Below the pieces are notes generated by a model. The model saw only the letters and a list, made by a program, of their open reading frames with translations. It searched no databases and was not told the origin of the DNA. Positions 29,451 through 40,180 of a DNA stretch of 64,000 nt are shown piece after piece. Where the stretch lies: assembly GCA_963835945.1 (NCBI GenBank), contig CAWIHR010000043.1, positions 46,140 to 110,139 on the forward strand, in the 5' to 3' direction. The DNA comes from an uncultured Chloroflexia bacterium. Lineage in GTDB: Bacteria > Chloroflexota > Limnocylindria > Limnocylindrales > CSP1-4. Positions within the stretch are counted from its first letter, which is position 1. Each line of letters opens with the position of its first letter. Position numbers and translations under genes: made by a program.

Positions 29451-32400
29451 ATGCTGAATTTCCTGACCCGCTTCGTCGACTCGAATGACCGCGAGCTGAA
29501 GCGGATTTAACCCTTCGTCGACCAGGCAAACGCGCTCGAGGACGAGTTCCAGGCGCTCTCAGACGAAGAGATTCGCCAAAGGATGCTCGACCTGCGGGCC
29601 GAGGTGGCGGAGGACGCGGCGCCCACCGCGCCGTCCGAGGACGAGCTCGAACACCCCGAGTCCGAGCGGCGCGCCGAGTTCCGCAAGGAGCGCGAGACGG
29701 CCGACCTCGAGCGCCTCCGCCATGTCCTCGACGGGATTCTCCCGGAGGTCTTCGCCGCCGGGCGGGAGATCAGCCTGCGCACGCTCGGGATGCGGCACTT
29801 CGACGTGCAGTTGCTTGGGGCCGTGGTGCTCCACCAGGGCAAGATCGCCGAGATGAAGACCGGCGAAGGCAAGACCCTTGCCGCGCCCTTGGCCGCCGCT
29901 CTCAACGCCATGTCGGGTCGTGGCGTGCATGTGGTGACCGTTAACGACTACCTCGCAAAGCGCGACCCGCAGTGGATGGGGCCCATTTACCACGGCCTAG
30001 GTCTGTCGGTCGGGGTCATCCAGCACGAGGCGGCGTTCCTCTACGACCCAGAGTATCGGGCGACCGAGGAGTCGCTCATGCACCTGCGACCGGTGGAGCG
30101 GCGGGAGGCCTATGCGGCCGACGTCACGTACGGCACCAACAACGAGTTTGGGTTCGACTACCTCCGTGACAACATGGTCGTCGAGCTGGACCAGCGGGTG
30201 CAGCGCGAGCGCTACTTCGCGATCGTCGACGAGGTGGACAACATCCTCATCGACGAGGCGCGCACACCGCTGATCATCAGCGGGCAGGCGGAAGAGTCGG
30301 CCGACCTGTACTACCGCTTCGCACGGCTGGCGCCCCGTTTGAAGGCCCGGCCGGAGGGCGAGGAGGAGGGCGGCGACTACTTCGTCGACCTGAAAGAGAA
30401 GGCGGTGTCCCCCACCGAGGAGGGGATCGACAAGATCGAGAAGCTCCTCGGGATCGACAACCTGTTCGATGCCGACCCTCGGCTAGCCCGGCACTTCGAG
30501 CAGGCCCTGCGGGCTCACGCCCTGTACAAGCGCGACCGGGACTACATCGTCAAGGACGGCGAAATCGTAATCGTCGACGAGTTCACCGGGCGCCAGATGC
30601 CCGGCCGACGATGGTCGGAAGGACTGCACCAGGCGATCGAGGCGAAGGAGGGGCTGCGCGTCCAGCGCGAGTCGGTGACGCTCGCCACCATCACGTTCCA
30701 GAACTACTTCCGCCTCTACCGCAAGCTTGCGGGGATGACGGGCACCGCGATGACGGAGGGGGAGGAGTTCCACAAGATTTACAAACTCGAGGTCACGGCG
30801 ATCCCGACCAACAAGCCGATGATCCGCGACGACCTGCCGGACTTGGTCTATCGGACTGAGCAGGGCAAATTCCAAGCGCTCATCGACGAGATCTTGGAGC
30901 TGCGCGAGCAGGGGCGGCCCGTCCTGGTGGGCACCGTCACCGTGGAGAAAAGCGAGCACCTCTCCGAAATGCTGCGCCGGCGCGGCATCCACCACGAGGT
31001 GCTCAACGCCAAGTACCACGAGCGCGAGGCCAGCATCGTGGCTCAGGCGGGGCGCAGCGGCGCGGTGACGATCTCCACCAACATGGCCGGGCGCGGCACG
31101 GACATCCAGCTGGGTGGTAACCCGGCGGGGCTTGCGTCGGAGGCGCTCCACAAGCGCGGCATCAACCCGGCCGACGCACCCCCCGAGGTCTACCAGGCCG
31201 CCCTCGACGAGGCGAGGGCACAGTGCGCCGAGGACCACGAGGCGGTCGTCGCGGCAGGCGGCCTGCACATCATCGGCACCGAGCGGCACGATGCGCGCCG
31301 GATCGATAACCAGCTGCGCGGCCGCGCCGGCCGGCAGGGCGACCCGGGATCGTCGCGCTTCTATCTGTCGCTCGAGGACGACCTCATGAAGCGTTTCGCT
31401 TCGGACCGGGTGGCCGGGCTGATGGAGCGGATGGGGCTCGAGGAAGACGTCGCGATCGAATCGAGGATCGTGTCGCGCACGATCGAGAGCGCGCAATCCC
31501 GCGTCGAGGGCTACAACTTCGACATCCGCAAGCGCGTGGTCGAGTACGACGACGTCATCAACAAGCAGCGCGAGACGATTTACGCGGAGCGAGACAAGGT
31601 CCTGCACAACGAGGACCTGACCGAGACCGTCCGGACATTCCTCGACCAGGATATCGGGTCGCTCGTGGACCGGCACCTGGCCGGCGACGACGCGGGCGCA
31701 TGGGACGTGGACGGGCTTGCCGCGGCCGCGAACCTGCTCGGCCTCGCGGGCGACGGGACGTCGGCGGACGACCTGTGGGACATCGCCGACCGGTCAGCCA
31801 TCGAGCAGCACCTGCGTGACCTGGCCGACGCGCGCCTGACGGCCCTCGAGGAGGAGCACGGCGCCGACACATGGGCGCTGGTCGAGCGGATCGTCCTCCT
31901 GCGCGCGATCGACGCGCTGTGGGTCGAGCACCTGACCGAGCTCGACGACATGCGGCGCGGCATCGGCCTGCGCGGGTACAGCGGCGAGGACCCGCTCAAC
32001 GCCTTCAAGAAGGAGGCCTACTCGCTGTACGCGGAGCTGCGCGACTTGATCCGTCATCAGGTCGCTAGCACGATCTTCCGCGTCAACGTGGTGCGCCAGG
32101 AGCCGGCGGCCATGGCGCAGCCGCTCCCGGGTCCCGGCCAGCGCGCGCCGGGCAGCGCAGCCGCGGTGGGGACCCGGGGCGGCGTGGGGACCTGGGCGCC
32201 GCAAGGCGTGGGTGCGCTGACGGGCGCGGCCGGGGGAGTGTCGGGCACCGGGGTCGCGGCCGGGATCCGGGAGGCGGGAACGAGCGCCGCGAGAGCTGGC
32301 GACGGACGGCCGCTGGCAGGGCCGGGCGGAAGCCCAACCGGACAGATATCCCCCGCGCTGCGCGGCCTCGGACGCGACACGACCCGCGAGCTGATGCAGG

Positions 32401-32516
32401 GCACCATCGATGGAGCGCGGGGCCAAGCGAGGCCGGCCGGCATCCCCAAACTGGGCCGCAACGACCCCTGTTACTGTGGGAGCGGACTTAAGTACAAGAA
32501 GTGCCACGGTCGCTGA
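29451..32516 (+). CDS. secA: Preprotein translocase ATPase SecA; in-frame TAA at codon 20 (29508-29510); otherwise intact to C-terminal zinc-binding motif
   Basis: ATG 29451 gives [43 protein letters not shown]... (canonical SecA N-terminus), continuous with ORF 29583..32516 (…[11 protein letters not shown]...[10 protein letters not shown]...) ending [15 protein letters not shown]. Confidence 0.9.
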
Positions 32517-33325
32517 GGGCGAGTGTCCTGGGTCTCGCGCGGGCCGGGGCGACGGCCGCGGTCATCGTCGCGGGGTACGCCATATTCCGGATCTGGCAGC
32601 AGGGTCAGACCGACGAGCAAGGACGGCCTGCGGACGCCATCGTCGTGCTCGGCGCCGCGCACTACGGGGACACGCCGTCACCCGTCTTCGTCGCGCGTCT
32701 CGACCACGCCATCGACCTCTGGCTGAACGGCGCCGCGCCCTACCTGTTCCTCACCGGCGGCGAGGCCAAGGGCGACACCTGGGCCGAGGCGGACGTGGCT
32801 CGTCGCTACGCGGAGGACCGAGGCGTGCCCGCGACCGCGATCCTCGCGGAACGGTCGGGGCGAGACACCGCCGGTTCGCTGCGCAACGTGGCGGCGATCA
32901 TGCGGGCGAACGGCCTGCGCTCGGCGCTGTTCGTGAGCGACCGGACGCACATGCTACGGGTGCTGCGCGTCGCCGCGGACTTAGGCCTCCAGGCGCACGG
33001 CTCGCCGACAGCATCCAGCCCAAGCGACCTCCGCCCATCGGCACGGGTCGCGTCAACGGTCCACGAGCTCGGGGCGCTGGCCGCGTACCTGGTGGCGGGA
33101 CAGGGAGGCGCACGAAACCTGCAGAAATTCGGCCGCAATCCATTCCATACCCTCTTGAGTACACGGTCCGCCGTTCGTATACTCGCCCGAAACGCCGGAG
33201 TCCGCGCTCTGGCGTTCCGTTTGCCACCCGGGACGTCCCCCCGAGGGGTGTCTGGCAGCGGTGGATTTGCAGCAGCGAGGGTGTCGTGCGGGCGGAGATC
33301 GTCGAAGAGGATTTCCTCGATCTGA
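32501..33325 (+). CDS. DUF218 (YdcF/ElyC/SanA-like) protein; C-terminal ~70 codons probably read-through
   Basis: …[30 protein letters not shown]...YLFLTGGE...[16 protein letters not shown]... matches the DUF218 core; a consensus promoter lies inside the annotated tail. Confidence 0.65.
   Translation: MPRSLRASVLGLARAGATAAVIVAGYAIFRIWQQGQTDEQGRPADAIVVLGAAHYGDTPSPVFVARLDHAIDLWLNGAAPYLFLTGGEAKGDTWAEADVARRYAEDRGVPATAILAERSGRDTAGSLRNVAAIMRANGLRSALFVSDRTHMLRVLRVAADLGLQAHGSPTASSPSDLRPSARVASTVHELGALAAYLVAGQGGARNLQKFGRNPFHTLLSTRSAVRILARNAGVRALAFRLPPGTSPRGVSGSGGFAAARVSCGRRSSKRISSI
33155..33183 (+). promoter_or_regulatory. Near-consensus sigma70-type promoter TTGAGT-N17-TATACT upstream of the Cys-rich ORF and prfB
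   Basis: Hexamers at 33155-33160 and 33178-33183, spacer 17 nt; AT-richer than surroundings. Confidence 0.5.
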
Positions 33326-33513
33326 TCGCGTGTGAGCGCGACTGCCGGAAATGCAGCTACGCCGCGAGCCTTGACTGTGACGGCAACTGCGGCGTCTGCC
33401 CCCACAACAGCTATTGTCCCTGCGTGAACCCCGTGGTAGCCCGGAGCAAGAGCGCGCTGCGCATGATCGAGCTACGCCCGATCCTGCTGCAGGACCTGCG
33501 AGCGCGTCGCTGA
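33286..33513 (+). CDS. Small Cys-rich protein (75 aa, 8 Cys; two CX3CX2C motifs plus CPC), start/stop-overlapping prfB
   Basis: GTG 33286 preceded by GAGGG SD; [75 protein letters not shown]; stop TGA overlaps the prfB ATG (TGATG). Confidence 0.4.
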   Translation: MRAEIVEEDFLDLIACERDCRKCSYAASLDCDGNCGVCPHNSYCPCVNPVVARSKSALRMIELRPILLQDLRARR

Positions 33514-34635
33514 TGGACCTCGCCGCCGTCCGCGACCTCGTGGAGCGTGTCCGGGCAACCTCGGGGAGGCTTTGACCTCGCCGACAAGGAACGTCGCCTA
33601 GCGTTACTCGACGGGGAGAGCGCAAAGCCGGACTTCTGGGACGATCAGCGAGCGGCGCAGCAGATCCTTCGTGAGGCGGAGCGGCTGCGAGAAGACCTGG
33701 CTGTCTGGCGCGACTTGGAGCGGCACGCGTCCGACGTGCTGGAACTCGCGGAGCTCGCTTCGACGGATGCCGACCCCGAATTGGCCAGCGCGGTCGATGC
33801 TGAATACGCGAATCTCGACGCCGCGTACGGGACGCACCGCACCGCGCTTTTGTTCAGCGGCGAATACGACGGTCGCGACGCCTTGCTGACGATCAGCGCA
33901 GGGGCGGGCGGAACCGAGGCCACCGACTGGGCCCAGATGCTGCTGCGCATGTACCTGCGCTGGGCGGAGCGCCACCGGTTCGCTACCGAGATCCTCGACC
34001 AGACCGAAGGCGAGGAGGTCGGAATCAAGAGTGTCACAGTGGCTGTCGACGGCCAGGGCGCATACGGCTTCCTCCGTGCGGAGCGCGGGGTGCACCGCCT
34101 CGTCCGCATCAGCCCGTTCGATTCTCAGAAGCGTCGCCAGACCACATTCGCGCTGATCGAGGTTCTACCGGAGGTCGAGAGCGACGTCGAGGTGGAGATC
34201 AACCTCGACGACCTGCGCATCGACACCTTCCGTGCGACCGGTCACGGCGGCCAAAACGTTAACAAGACGGATTCAGCCGTGCGTATCACGCACCTGCCCA
34301 CCGGCATCGTCACCCAGAGCCAGAACGAACGGTCGCAATTGCAGAACAAGGACACCGCAATGAAGGTGCTGCGCGCGCGTCTGCTGGAACGCGCCCTCGA
34401 GGAGCGCGAGGCGCAGCTTGCGGCGCTCCGGGGCGAGCACGTGGAGGCGGGTTGGGGCCACCAGATTCGTTCCTATGTGCTGCATCCGTACCAGATGGTC
34501 AAGGACCTGCGGACCGAATACGAGACCAGCAACACCGGGGCGGTCCTCGACGGCGACCTCGACGGGTTCATGCGCGCGGAGCTCGAGCGATTGGCCACTA
34601 CGAGTCCGGCCGGCGGCGGGACTGCAGACGCGTGA
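33513..34635 (+). CDS. prfB: Peptide chain release factor 2 with programmed +1 frameshift (MDLAAVRDLVERVRATSGRL then +1 at CUU UGA C)
   Basis: Frame-0 ORF of 19 codons ends in the sequence GGGAGGCUUUGAC; the +1 frame continues DLADKERRLALLDGE... through SPF (RISPFDS) and GGQ ([24 protein letters not shown]) motifs. Confidence 0.95.
33570..33576 (+). promoter_or_regulatory. prfB programmed +1 ribosomal frameshift site CUU-UGA-C with internal SD GGGAGG 3 nt upstream
   Basis: Exact match to the canonical autoregulatory recoding site. Confidence 0.9.
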
Positions 34636-35678
34636 GCGAGGACGTCGAGCCCGCGATCCTCAGGCGGATCGAGTCGATGGATATTCCCGCCTGCATCGAC
34701 GTTTTTTACGACTCGGTCGACCCGCTCTACCAGCGCCTGGACCAGCCGATCCCTCCAAGGGATCCCGCGTCCCTCGCCCGCCTGATTGGCCACCTCCTCG
34801 ACCACGACGCGGAGCGGGCGTGGCTAGCGGAGTCACCGTCGTCGACCGGGAACCCTGATCCTCCGCGCATTCTGGGTTTCGCCAGCGCCTGGCTCCGAGA
34901 GACGACCTGGTACCTCGCCCTGTTGTTCATCCGGCCCGAAGCGCAGGCCGCAGGCCTCGGCCGGCGTCTCTTGCTGCGGACGTTCCCCCGTATCCCGCTC
35001 AGCGAAGGGGAGCCCCGGACCGCGGTTCGGATCTCCGGCGCGGAAGGCGGGCCCGACGGCCCGGCGCAGGGTGGCCTTCCCGACGGGGTGAGCGCGCGCG
35101 CCCTCATGGCGACTTGCGTCGATTTCATCCAGCCCATCTCCACGGGCCTCTACGCAAGCTACGGGATCGTGCCGCGGGTCCCGGTCTTCACGGCGATCGG
35201 CAACCCACGTGGGGGAGCGCTGCCCGACCTCCCCCGTGACGTCGTGGCGACCGGGTTCGAGGCGCTGCCGGAGACCGTGCTACTGGCGGACACGCTCGCG
35301 GCGGTCGATCGCGAACTGCTCGGCTTCGCCCGGCCAGCGGACCACCACTTATGGACGCACGAGGGCCGGCGCGGCGTGCTGATCCGGCGCGCGGGCGACG
35401 GCGCGGTCCTGGGCTACGGATATGTCCAGGCGTCGGGCCGTCTCGGCCCGGTGGCCCTCCTCGACGACACCCTCTACCCTGCCGTGCTGGGGTCCCTGGT
35501 GACACGCACGTCCCCGCCCGGCCCGTACTTTGCACTGGTTCCCGGCGTAAACCACCGTGCGATGGTGGCGCTGCTGCACGCGGGTCTCCGGTTCGAAGGC
35601 TTCCCGGGAATCCTCTCCTCGACGCGGCCGTGGACCGGGCTCGACCGGTATTTGCCGGCCAGCTTCGCGCTACCCTGA
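34632..35678 (+). CDS. GNAT-family N-acetyltransferase-like two-domain protein
   Basis: GTG 34632 overlapping prfB stop; ...ILGFASAWLRETTWYLALLFIRPEAQAAGLGRRLL... GNAT motif A/B-like. Confidence 0.55.
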   Translation: MSEDVEPAILRRIESMDIPACIDVFYDSVDPLYQRLDQPIPPRDPASLARLIGHLLDHDAERAWLAESPSSTGNPDPPRILGFASAWLRETTWYLALLFIRPEAQAAGLGRRLLLRTFPRIPLSEGEPRTAVRISGAEGGPDGPAQGGLPDGVSARALMATCVDFIQPISTGLYASYGIVPRVPVFTAIGNPRGGALPDLPRDVVATGFEALPETVLLADTLAAVDRELLGFARPADHHLWTHEGRRGVLIRRAGDGAVLGYGYVQASGRLGPVALLDDTLYPAVLGSLVTRTSPPGPYFALVPGVNHRAMVALLHAGLRFEGFPGILSSTRPWTGLDRYLPASFALP

Positions 35679-35709
35679 CCACGCCATCCGGGCAGCACGC
35701 GAGGAGGCG

Positions 35710-36633
35710 GTGAGCGGATCCATCGACGGCGGAAACCGGGCGCCCTCGCCCTTCGACCCGGCCAGGTTCGACGACTCGGCCTGGGGACCGGAGTGGAGCG
35801 CCGGCCGGCGACGCGGGCGGGAGGCGGAGCTGCGGGAGTGGCTGGATCTCGCGGTCGCCTGCTGCGACGCCGCCGACGAGATCGCGCGGCGTCACTTCCG
35901 GCACGACCTCGAGATCTCCACCAAGTCCGACCGGACCCTCGTGACGCAGGCGGACCGGTTGATCGAGACGCTCATCCGGGAGCGGATCCTCTCCGCCCAC
36001 CCGGGCCACGGCCTGGTGGGCGAGGAGTACGGGACCGAGGGCCACGGCTCGTCCGTGCGATGGTACGTGGACCCCATCGATGGCACGCACAACTTCGTTC
36101 GCGGCATCCCGCTGTTCGCCACTTTGCTGGGCGTGGAGCGCGATGGGGAACTACAAGTGGGCGTGCTCTCCGCCCCGGCGCTGGGGGAGCGCTGGTTCGC
36201 CTGGCGAGGCGGCGGTGCCTGGGCCAGCCGGCGGCCAGGCGACACCAGGCGCCTCGCCGTCTCCCGGGTCAATGCCACGGCGGAAGCGCAGATCCTCTAC
36301 GACTCCCCGCTCGACGTGGAGCGCAGCGGGTGGGCGCCGGGGTTCACCGGCCTGCTCGGGAGTGTGTGGCGGGACCGCGGGTTCGGCGACTTCTGGGGAT
36401 ACACTTTGCTGGCCGAGGGCGCCGCGGAAGCCATGATCGAGGTCGGGATCCATCCCTGGGACCTGGCCGCACCGCTGGTGCTGGTCGAGGAGGCCGGCGG
36501 GCGGATGACCGATTTCGGCGGCCGCCGCGCGGTGGACGTTGCCACTGTCGTCGCCTCTAACGGGCGCCTGCATCGCGCTGTGCTGGCGGCGCTCGCCCTC
36601 CCAAGCGGAGAGAAGCGTCCGGAGCACGCCTAA
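35710..36633 (+). CDS. Inositol monophosphatase family protein (SuhB / histidinol-phosphatase HisN-like)
   Basis: …GEEYG...WYVDPIDGTHNFVRGIPLFATLLGV... and ...WDLAAPLVLVEEAGG... IMPase signatures. Confidence 0.8.
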   Translation: MSGSIDGGNRAPSPFDPARFDDSAWGPEWSAGRRRGREAELREWLDLAVACCDAADEIARRHFRHDLEISTKSDRTLVTQADRLIETLIRERILSAHPGHGLVGEEYGTEGHGSSVRWYVDPIDGTHNFVRGIPLFATLLGVERDGELQVGVLSAPALGERWFAWRGGGAWASRRPGDTRRLAVSRVNATAEAQILYDSPLDVERSGWAPGFTGLLGSVWRDRGFGDFWGYTLLAEGAAEAMIEVGIHPWDLAAPLVLVEEAGGRMTDFGGRRAVDVATVVASNGRLHRAVLAALALPSGEKRPEHA

Positions 36634-36733
36634 CGGCGGAGGCCAGGGCCTGTGCTACCCTCATGGCCGACGTGGCTTTGCTCGCCGTGCCCGCGTGCGG
36701 AGTCCCCAGCACCCTCCGCTCGCGGAGCCAGAC

Positions 36734-37540
36734 ATGACCACCTCCCTGCCCCGACTCGCCGGGCCGCTCGAGGCCGCGACCGCGAGCCGTCCGGACCGCG
36801 CAGCCGCCGACCTGCCCGCGGCGTTGGGCAACGGGGCCCGCGACGCTCGCCGCATCGCGATCGCACTTGACGACGTCAGCAAGGTCTATCCCAACGGCCG
36901 CCGCGCCCTCGCCGACGTAGACCTCGTCGTCCCCGATGGTGACTTCGTGTTCATCGTCGGGCCTTCCGGGGCCGGAAAGAGCACCCTAATCAAGCTGCTG
37001 ATCCGTGACGAGCTTCCGACGAGTGGCACGGTGCTCGTCGCCGGCCGCGACGTACGTCGCCTGTCCCGCCGCGACGTCCCACGCCTGCGGAGGAGCGTCG
37101 GGATCGTATTCCAGGACTACAAGCTGCTCCCCAACAAATCGGTGCACGACAACGTCGCCTTCGCTCTGGAGGTCACGGGGACGCCCGGGCGGCAGATCCG
37201 GACGGCCGTCGAGCGCGTTCTCTCCCTGGTCGGCCTGACGGCCGCCGCCGGCCAGTTTCCCAGCCAACTCTCCGGAGGCGAGCTGCAGCGCACGGCGATC
37301 GCTCGCGCGCTGGTCCACGAACCACGCGTCGTGATCGCTGACGAGCCGACCGGGAACCTGGATCCGCTGATCAGCTGGGAGATCATCCAACTGCTGCTTC
37401 GCATCAACGAACTCGGAACCACCGTGCTCATGGCAACGCACAATGCCGAGGTCGTCACGGCACTGCGCCGCCGCGTGGTCGCCCTCGAGGACGGGCGCGT
37501 CGTCCGTGACGAGGTCGGCGGCTACCACCGCGAATACTGA
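36734..37540 (+). CDS. ftsE: Cell-division ABC transporter ATP-binding protein FtsE
   Basis: Walker A GPSGAGKST, signature LSGGELQR, Walker B VVIADEPTGNLD; followed by ftsX. Confidence 0.9.
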   Translation: MTTSLPRLAGPLEAATASRPDRAAADLPAALGNGARDARRIAIALDDVSKVYPNGRRALADVDLVVPDGDFVFIVGPSGAGKSTLIKLLIRDELPTSGTVLVAGRDVRRLSRRDVPRLRRSVGIVFQDYKLLPNKSVHDNVAFALEVTGTPGRQIRTAVERVLSLVGLTAAAGQFPSQLSGGELQRTAIARALVHEPRVVIADEPTGNLDPLISWEIIQLLLRINELGTTVLMATHNAEVVTALRRRVVALEDGRVVRDEVGGYHREY

Positions 37541-37543
37541 TCG

Positions 37544-38434
37544 ATGCCGCGCTTTCTTCTCTTCTCCGTTCGTCGCGCCTGGGAAGGCTTCTGGCGGAAC
37601 GTGGTCATGAGTGTCGCCGCGACGATCACGATGACCCTGATGCTCCTGATGCTCGCGGGGCTCGTCATCGGCTTGTCCGGCCTCGACGCAGGCCTCCGGT
37701 TCGTGGAGCAGAAGGTGGAGGTGCAGGCATTCCTCGCAGACGGCACGCCGCAGTCGCGGATTGACGCGCTGGTCGCCCAAGTTCAGGCGCTCCCAGAGGT
37801 CTCGCAGGTCGACTACGTCAGCAAGGCGCAAGCGCTGCAGCAGTGGCAGGAGCAACTGCGCCAGCAGGGTAAGCCCGACTACTCGAGCGCCACCGGCACG
37901 AACCCCATCCCGGCGAGCATCCTCGTCAAGCTGAAGGACCCGCACGTGTACGGCAACGTGATACAGACCCTGCAGGCGGCCCAGGGCGTCGTGACAGACG
38001 TCCTCGAGACGCAGCACGTGGTCGACGCGCTGCTCAGCGTCACTGGCTTCCTGAGAACTGTCGGCGTGGTCGTCCTCGTGCTCGTCGGCCTCACGGTCCT
38101 GTTCATCGTCATCAACACGATCCGCCTAGCCGTTGTAGCGCGGGCCGAGGAGATCGAGATCATGCGTCTCGTGGGGGCATCGGACGCCTTCATCCGCTGG
38201 CCATTCATCTTCGAGGGGATGCTTGTGGGGATCTTCGGTTCCGCGATCACGCTGGGGGTCCTCGCGTTGGCCGCCCAGCCGATCGGTCAGGGTGTCGCGA
38301 CCCTGGTCGGTCAGGTGCCGATCCAGTTCGACCAGAGCCTCGACCAACAGCTGGTGGTCGTGGTGGGCGGCGCGGGACTAGTCCTCGGTGCTGGGGGGGC
38401 GTTCATCTCCGTGCGCGCGTACCTCATCCGCTGA
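37544..38434 (+). CDS. ftsX: Cell-division permease-like protein FtsX
   Basis: 296 aa; N-terminal TM, periplasmic domain, three C-terminal TM helices; paired with ftsE. Confidence 0.9.
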   Translation: MPRFLLFSVRRAWEGFWRNVVMSVAATITMTLMLLMLAGLVIGLSGLDAGLRFVEQKVEVQAFLADGTPQSRIDALVAQVQALPEVSQVDYVSKAQALQQWQEQLRQQGKPDYSSATGTNPIPASILVKLKDPHVYGNVIQTLQAAQGVVTDVLETQHVVDALLSVTGFLRTVGVVVLVLVGLTVLFIVINTIRLAVVARAEEIEIMRLVGASDAFIRWPFIFEGMLVGIFGSAITLGVLALAAQPIGQGVATLVGQVPIQFDQSLDQQLVVVVGGAGLVLGAGGAFISVRAYLIR

Positions 38435-38507
38435 GCTGTGGCGTCGGCAGCGCGAGGCGCGCAGAATCGCCGTCTCGTACCGCACCGTCGCCCCGAGGCA
38501 GCCATTC

Positions 38508-40007
38508 ATGCAACACCAAGGACCACCGACGCAACAGGATCCCGGCACGATTGAGCCGCCACGACGCCGCCGACCGCATGGGCGCGCGAGCATTTGGCTC
38601 GCGGCGTTTGGCGCGGCGGTCGTCGCCGGCAGCGGGCTGTTCGCAGCCGGGTACACGCTGGGACGCCAGACCGCCCTGACTGACGGCACCCCGCAGGCAC
38701 TGGCTGCCGATCTGCAGCCGTTCTGGGACGCCTTCGACTCGATCGACCAGCGGTACGCCGGCGTCCAAGTCAGCCGCCACGCCATCGTCGAAGGCGCGAT
38801 CGGCGGCATGTTCAAGGCCCTCGGCGACCCGTTCTCTACGTACATGACCGGGGAGGCCTACCGCGCCTCCCTCACGGGACTGTCCGGTCAGTTCGAGGGC
38901 ATCGGGGCGGTCATCACAACGGAAAATGCGGCCGGGATACAGGGCTGTACGCCAGCGGGCGCGAGCTGCCGGATCGCCATTGTGCGCGTCATCCCAGGAT
39001 CGCCCGCCGAGCAGGCCGGACTCCGGGCTGCCGACGTGATCCTGTCGGTCGACGGAACGAGCGCCGCCGGCAAGACCACAGACGACGTGGTCAACCTTAT
39101 CCGGGGCCCCAGAGGCACGGTCGTCACGCTCGCGATCGCCCGGGACGGCACCAGCTTCGACGTGCGCATCGCCCGCGCCATCATCAATCCGTCCGACGTC
39201 ACGAGCCGGCCGATCGACAATGGAACTCTCGGGTACATTCAGATCTCGAGTTTCGGGTCCGGGGTGGCGGCCGACTTCATCGGCCAGCTGCGGTCGTTGC
39301 TGGCGGCCGGGGTGCACGGCGTCGTCCTCGACCTGCGCGGCGACCCAGGGGGCTTCGTCGACCAGGCCCGCACGATCGCGAGCCAGTTCGTTGGCAGTGG
39401 CCCGATCTACTGGGAGCAGACCGGCGGCGGTGCGCGGGCCCCGTACAACGCCGAGCCTGGTGGGATCGCCACGAATCCGAAGCTCCCAGTGGTCGTGCTT
39501 GTGGACGGGGGTACCGCTAGCGCGTCGGAGATCCTGGCCGCCGCGCTTCAGGACACGGGTCGAGGGCACCTGCTGGGCACCACAACCTACGGCAAGGGAA
39601 CCGTGCAAGAGTGGCAGCTGCTCGGCCAGGAAGCGGGGGGGTTCCGGCTGACGATCGCCCGCTGGCTGACGCCGTCGGGGCGCTGGATCAACGGCCGCGG
39701 GCTGACGCCGAACGTGATATTCCGGGCGCCAGCAGGTGGCCCGCTCGGCTCGGACCCGGCCCTAGACCGCGCTGTGCAGCTACTGACGGACACCGGTGCC
39801 AGCGACTCCAGTGCTGTCGAGCCAGGAGGTAGATCCCTGTCGGCAGCCGCAGCAGGCTCGCTCGAGGCGCCGGGGCCATCAGGCGCACGCGCGGCCTCGA
39901 GCGCGCCGCGGTCGTCGGCGGCGGGGAGCCCGTCTCGCATCGTCTCATCGTCAGCCGGGTCCGCCGTGACGATCTCACTCGCGCCCGGTGCCGGCTCGCT
40001 CCTGTAG
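38508..40007 (+). CDS. ctpA: Carboxyl-terminal processing protease (S41) with PDZ domain
   Basis: …GIGAVIT...PGSPAEQAGLRAADVILSVDG... (PDZ) and ...VVLVDGGTASASEILAAALQD... (S41 catalytic region). Confidence 0.85.
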   Translation: MQHQGPPTQQDPGTIEPPRRRRPHGRASIWLAAFGAAVVAGSGLFAAGYTLGRQTALTDGTPQALAADLQPFWDAFDSIDQRYAGVQVSRHAIVEGAIGGMFKALGDPFSTYMTGEAYRASLTGLSGQFEGIGAVITTENAAGIQGCTPAGASCRIAIVRVIPGSPAEQAGLRAADVILSVDGTSAAGKTTDDVVNLIRGPRGTVVTLAIARDGTSFDVRIARAIINPSDVTSRPIDNGTLGYIQISSFGSGVAADFIGQLRSLLAAGVHGVVLDLRGDPGGFVDQARTIASQFVGSGPIYWEQTGGGARAPYNAEPGGIATNPKLPVVVLVDGGTASASEILAAALQDTGRGHLLGTTTYGKGTVQEWQLLGQEAGGFRLTIARWLTPSGRWINGRGLTPNVIFRAPAGGPLGSDPALDRAVQLLTDTGASDSSAVEPGGRSLSAAAAGSLEAPGPSGARAASSAPRSSAAGSPSRIVSSSAGSAVTISLAPGAGSLL

Positions 40008-40149
40008 CGAGTGCAACCGCCCTCTTGCCTTCGGGACACCCGGCCGGTAGTATGTGGTGCAACGAAAGGAGGTGATGTGCAGTGATAGACAGTCATTGCT
40101 GCACCACCCCGCGGGAGGCTTCGGCCTAGCTCGCAGGTTGGTACGCAAC

Positions 40150-40180
40150 CGAACGCCGGCCCTCGCTGGGCCGGCGTTCG
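40150..40180 (+). terminator. Perfect 13-bp-stem hairpin (cgaacgccggccc-tcgct-gggccggcgttcg) between ctpA and smpB; no U-tract
   Basis: Inverted repeat read directly; could be an intrinsic terminator variant for ctpA or an smpB leader structure. Confidence 0.3.

Noticed and set aside
33110-33325. C-terminal ~70 codons of the DUF218 ORF
   Set aside because: Extends past the conserved family end (…[16 protein letters not shown]) through a consensus promoter and structured leader; more likely read-through from a lost stop or indel.
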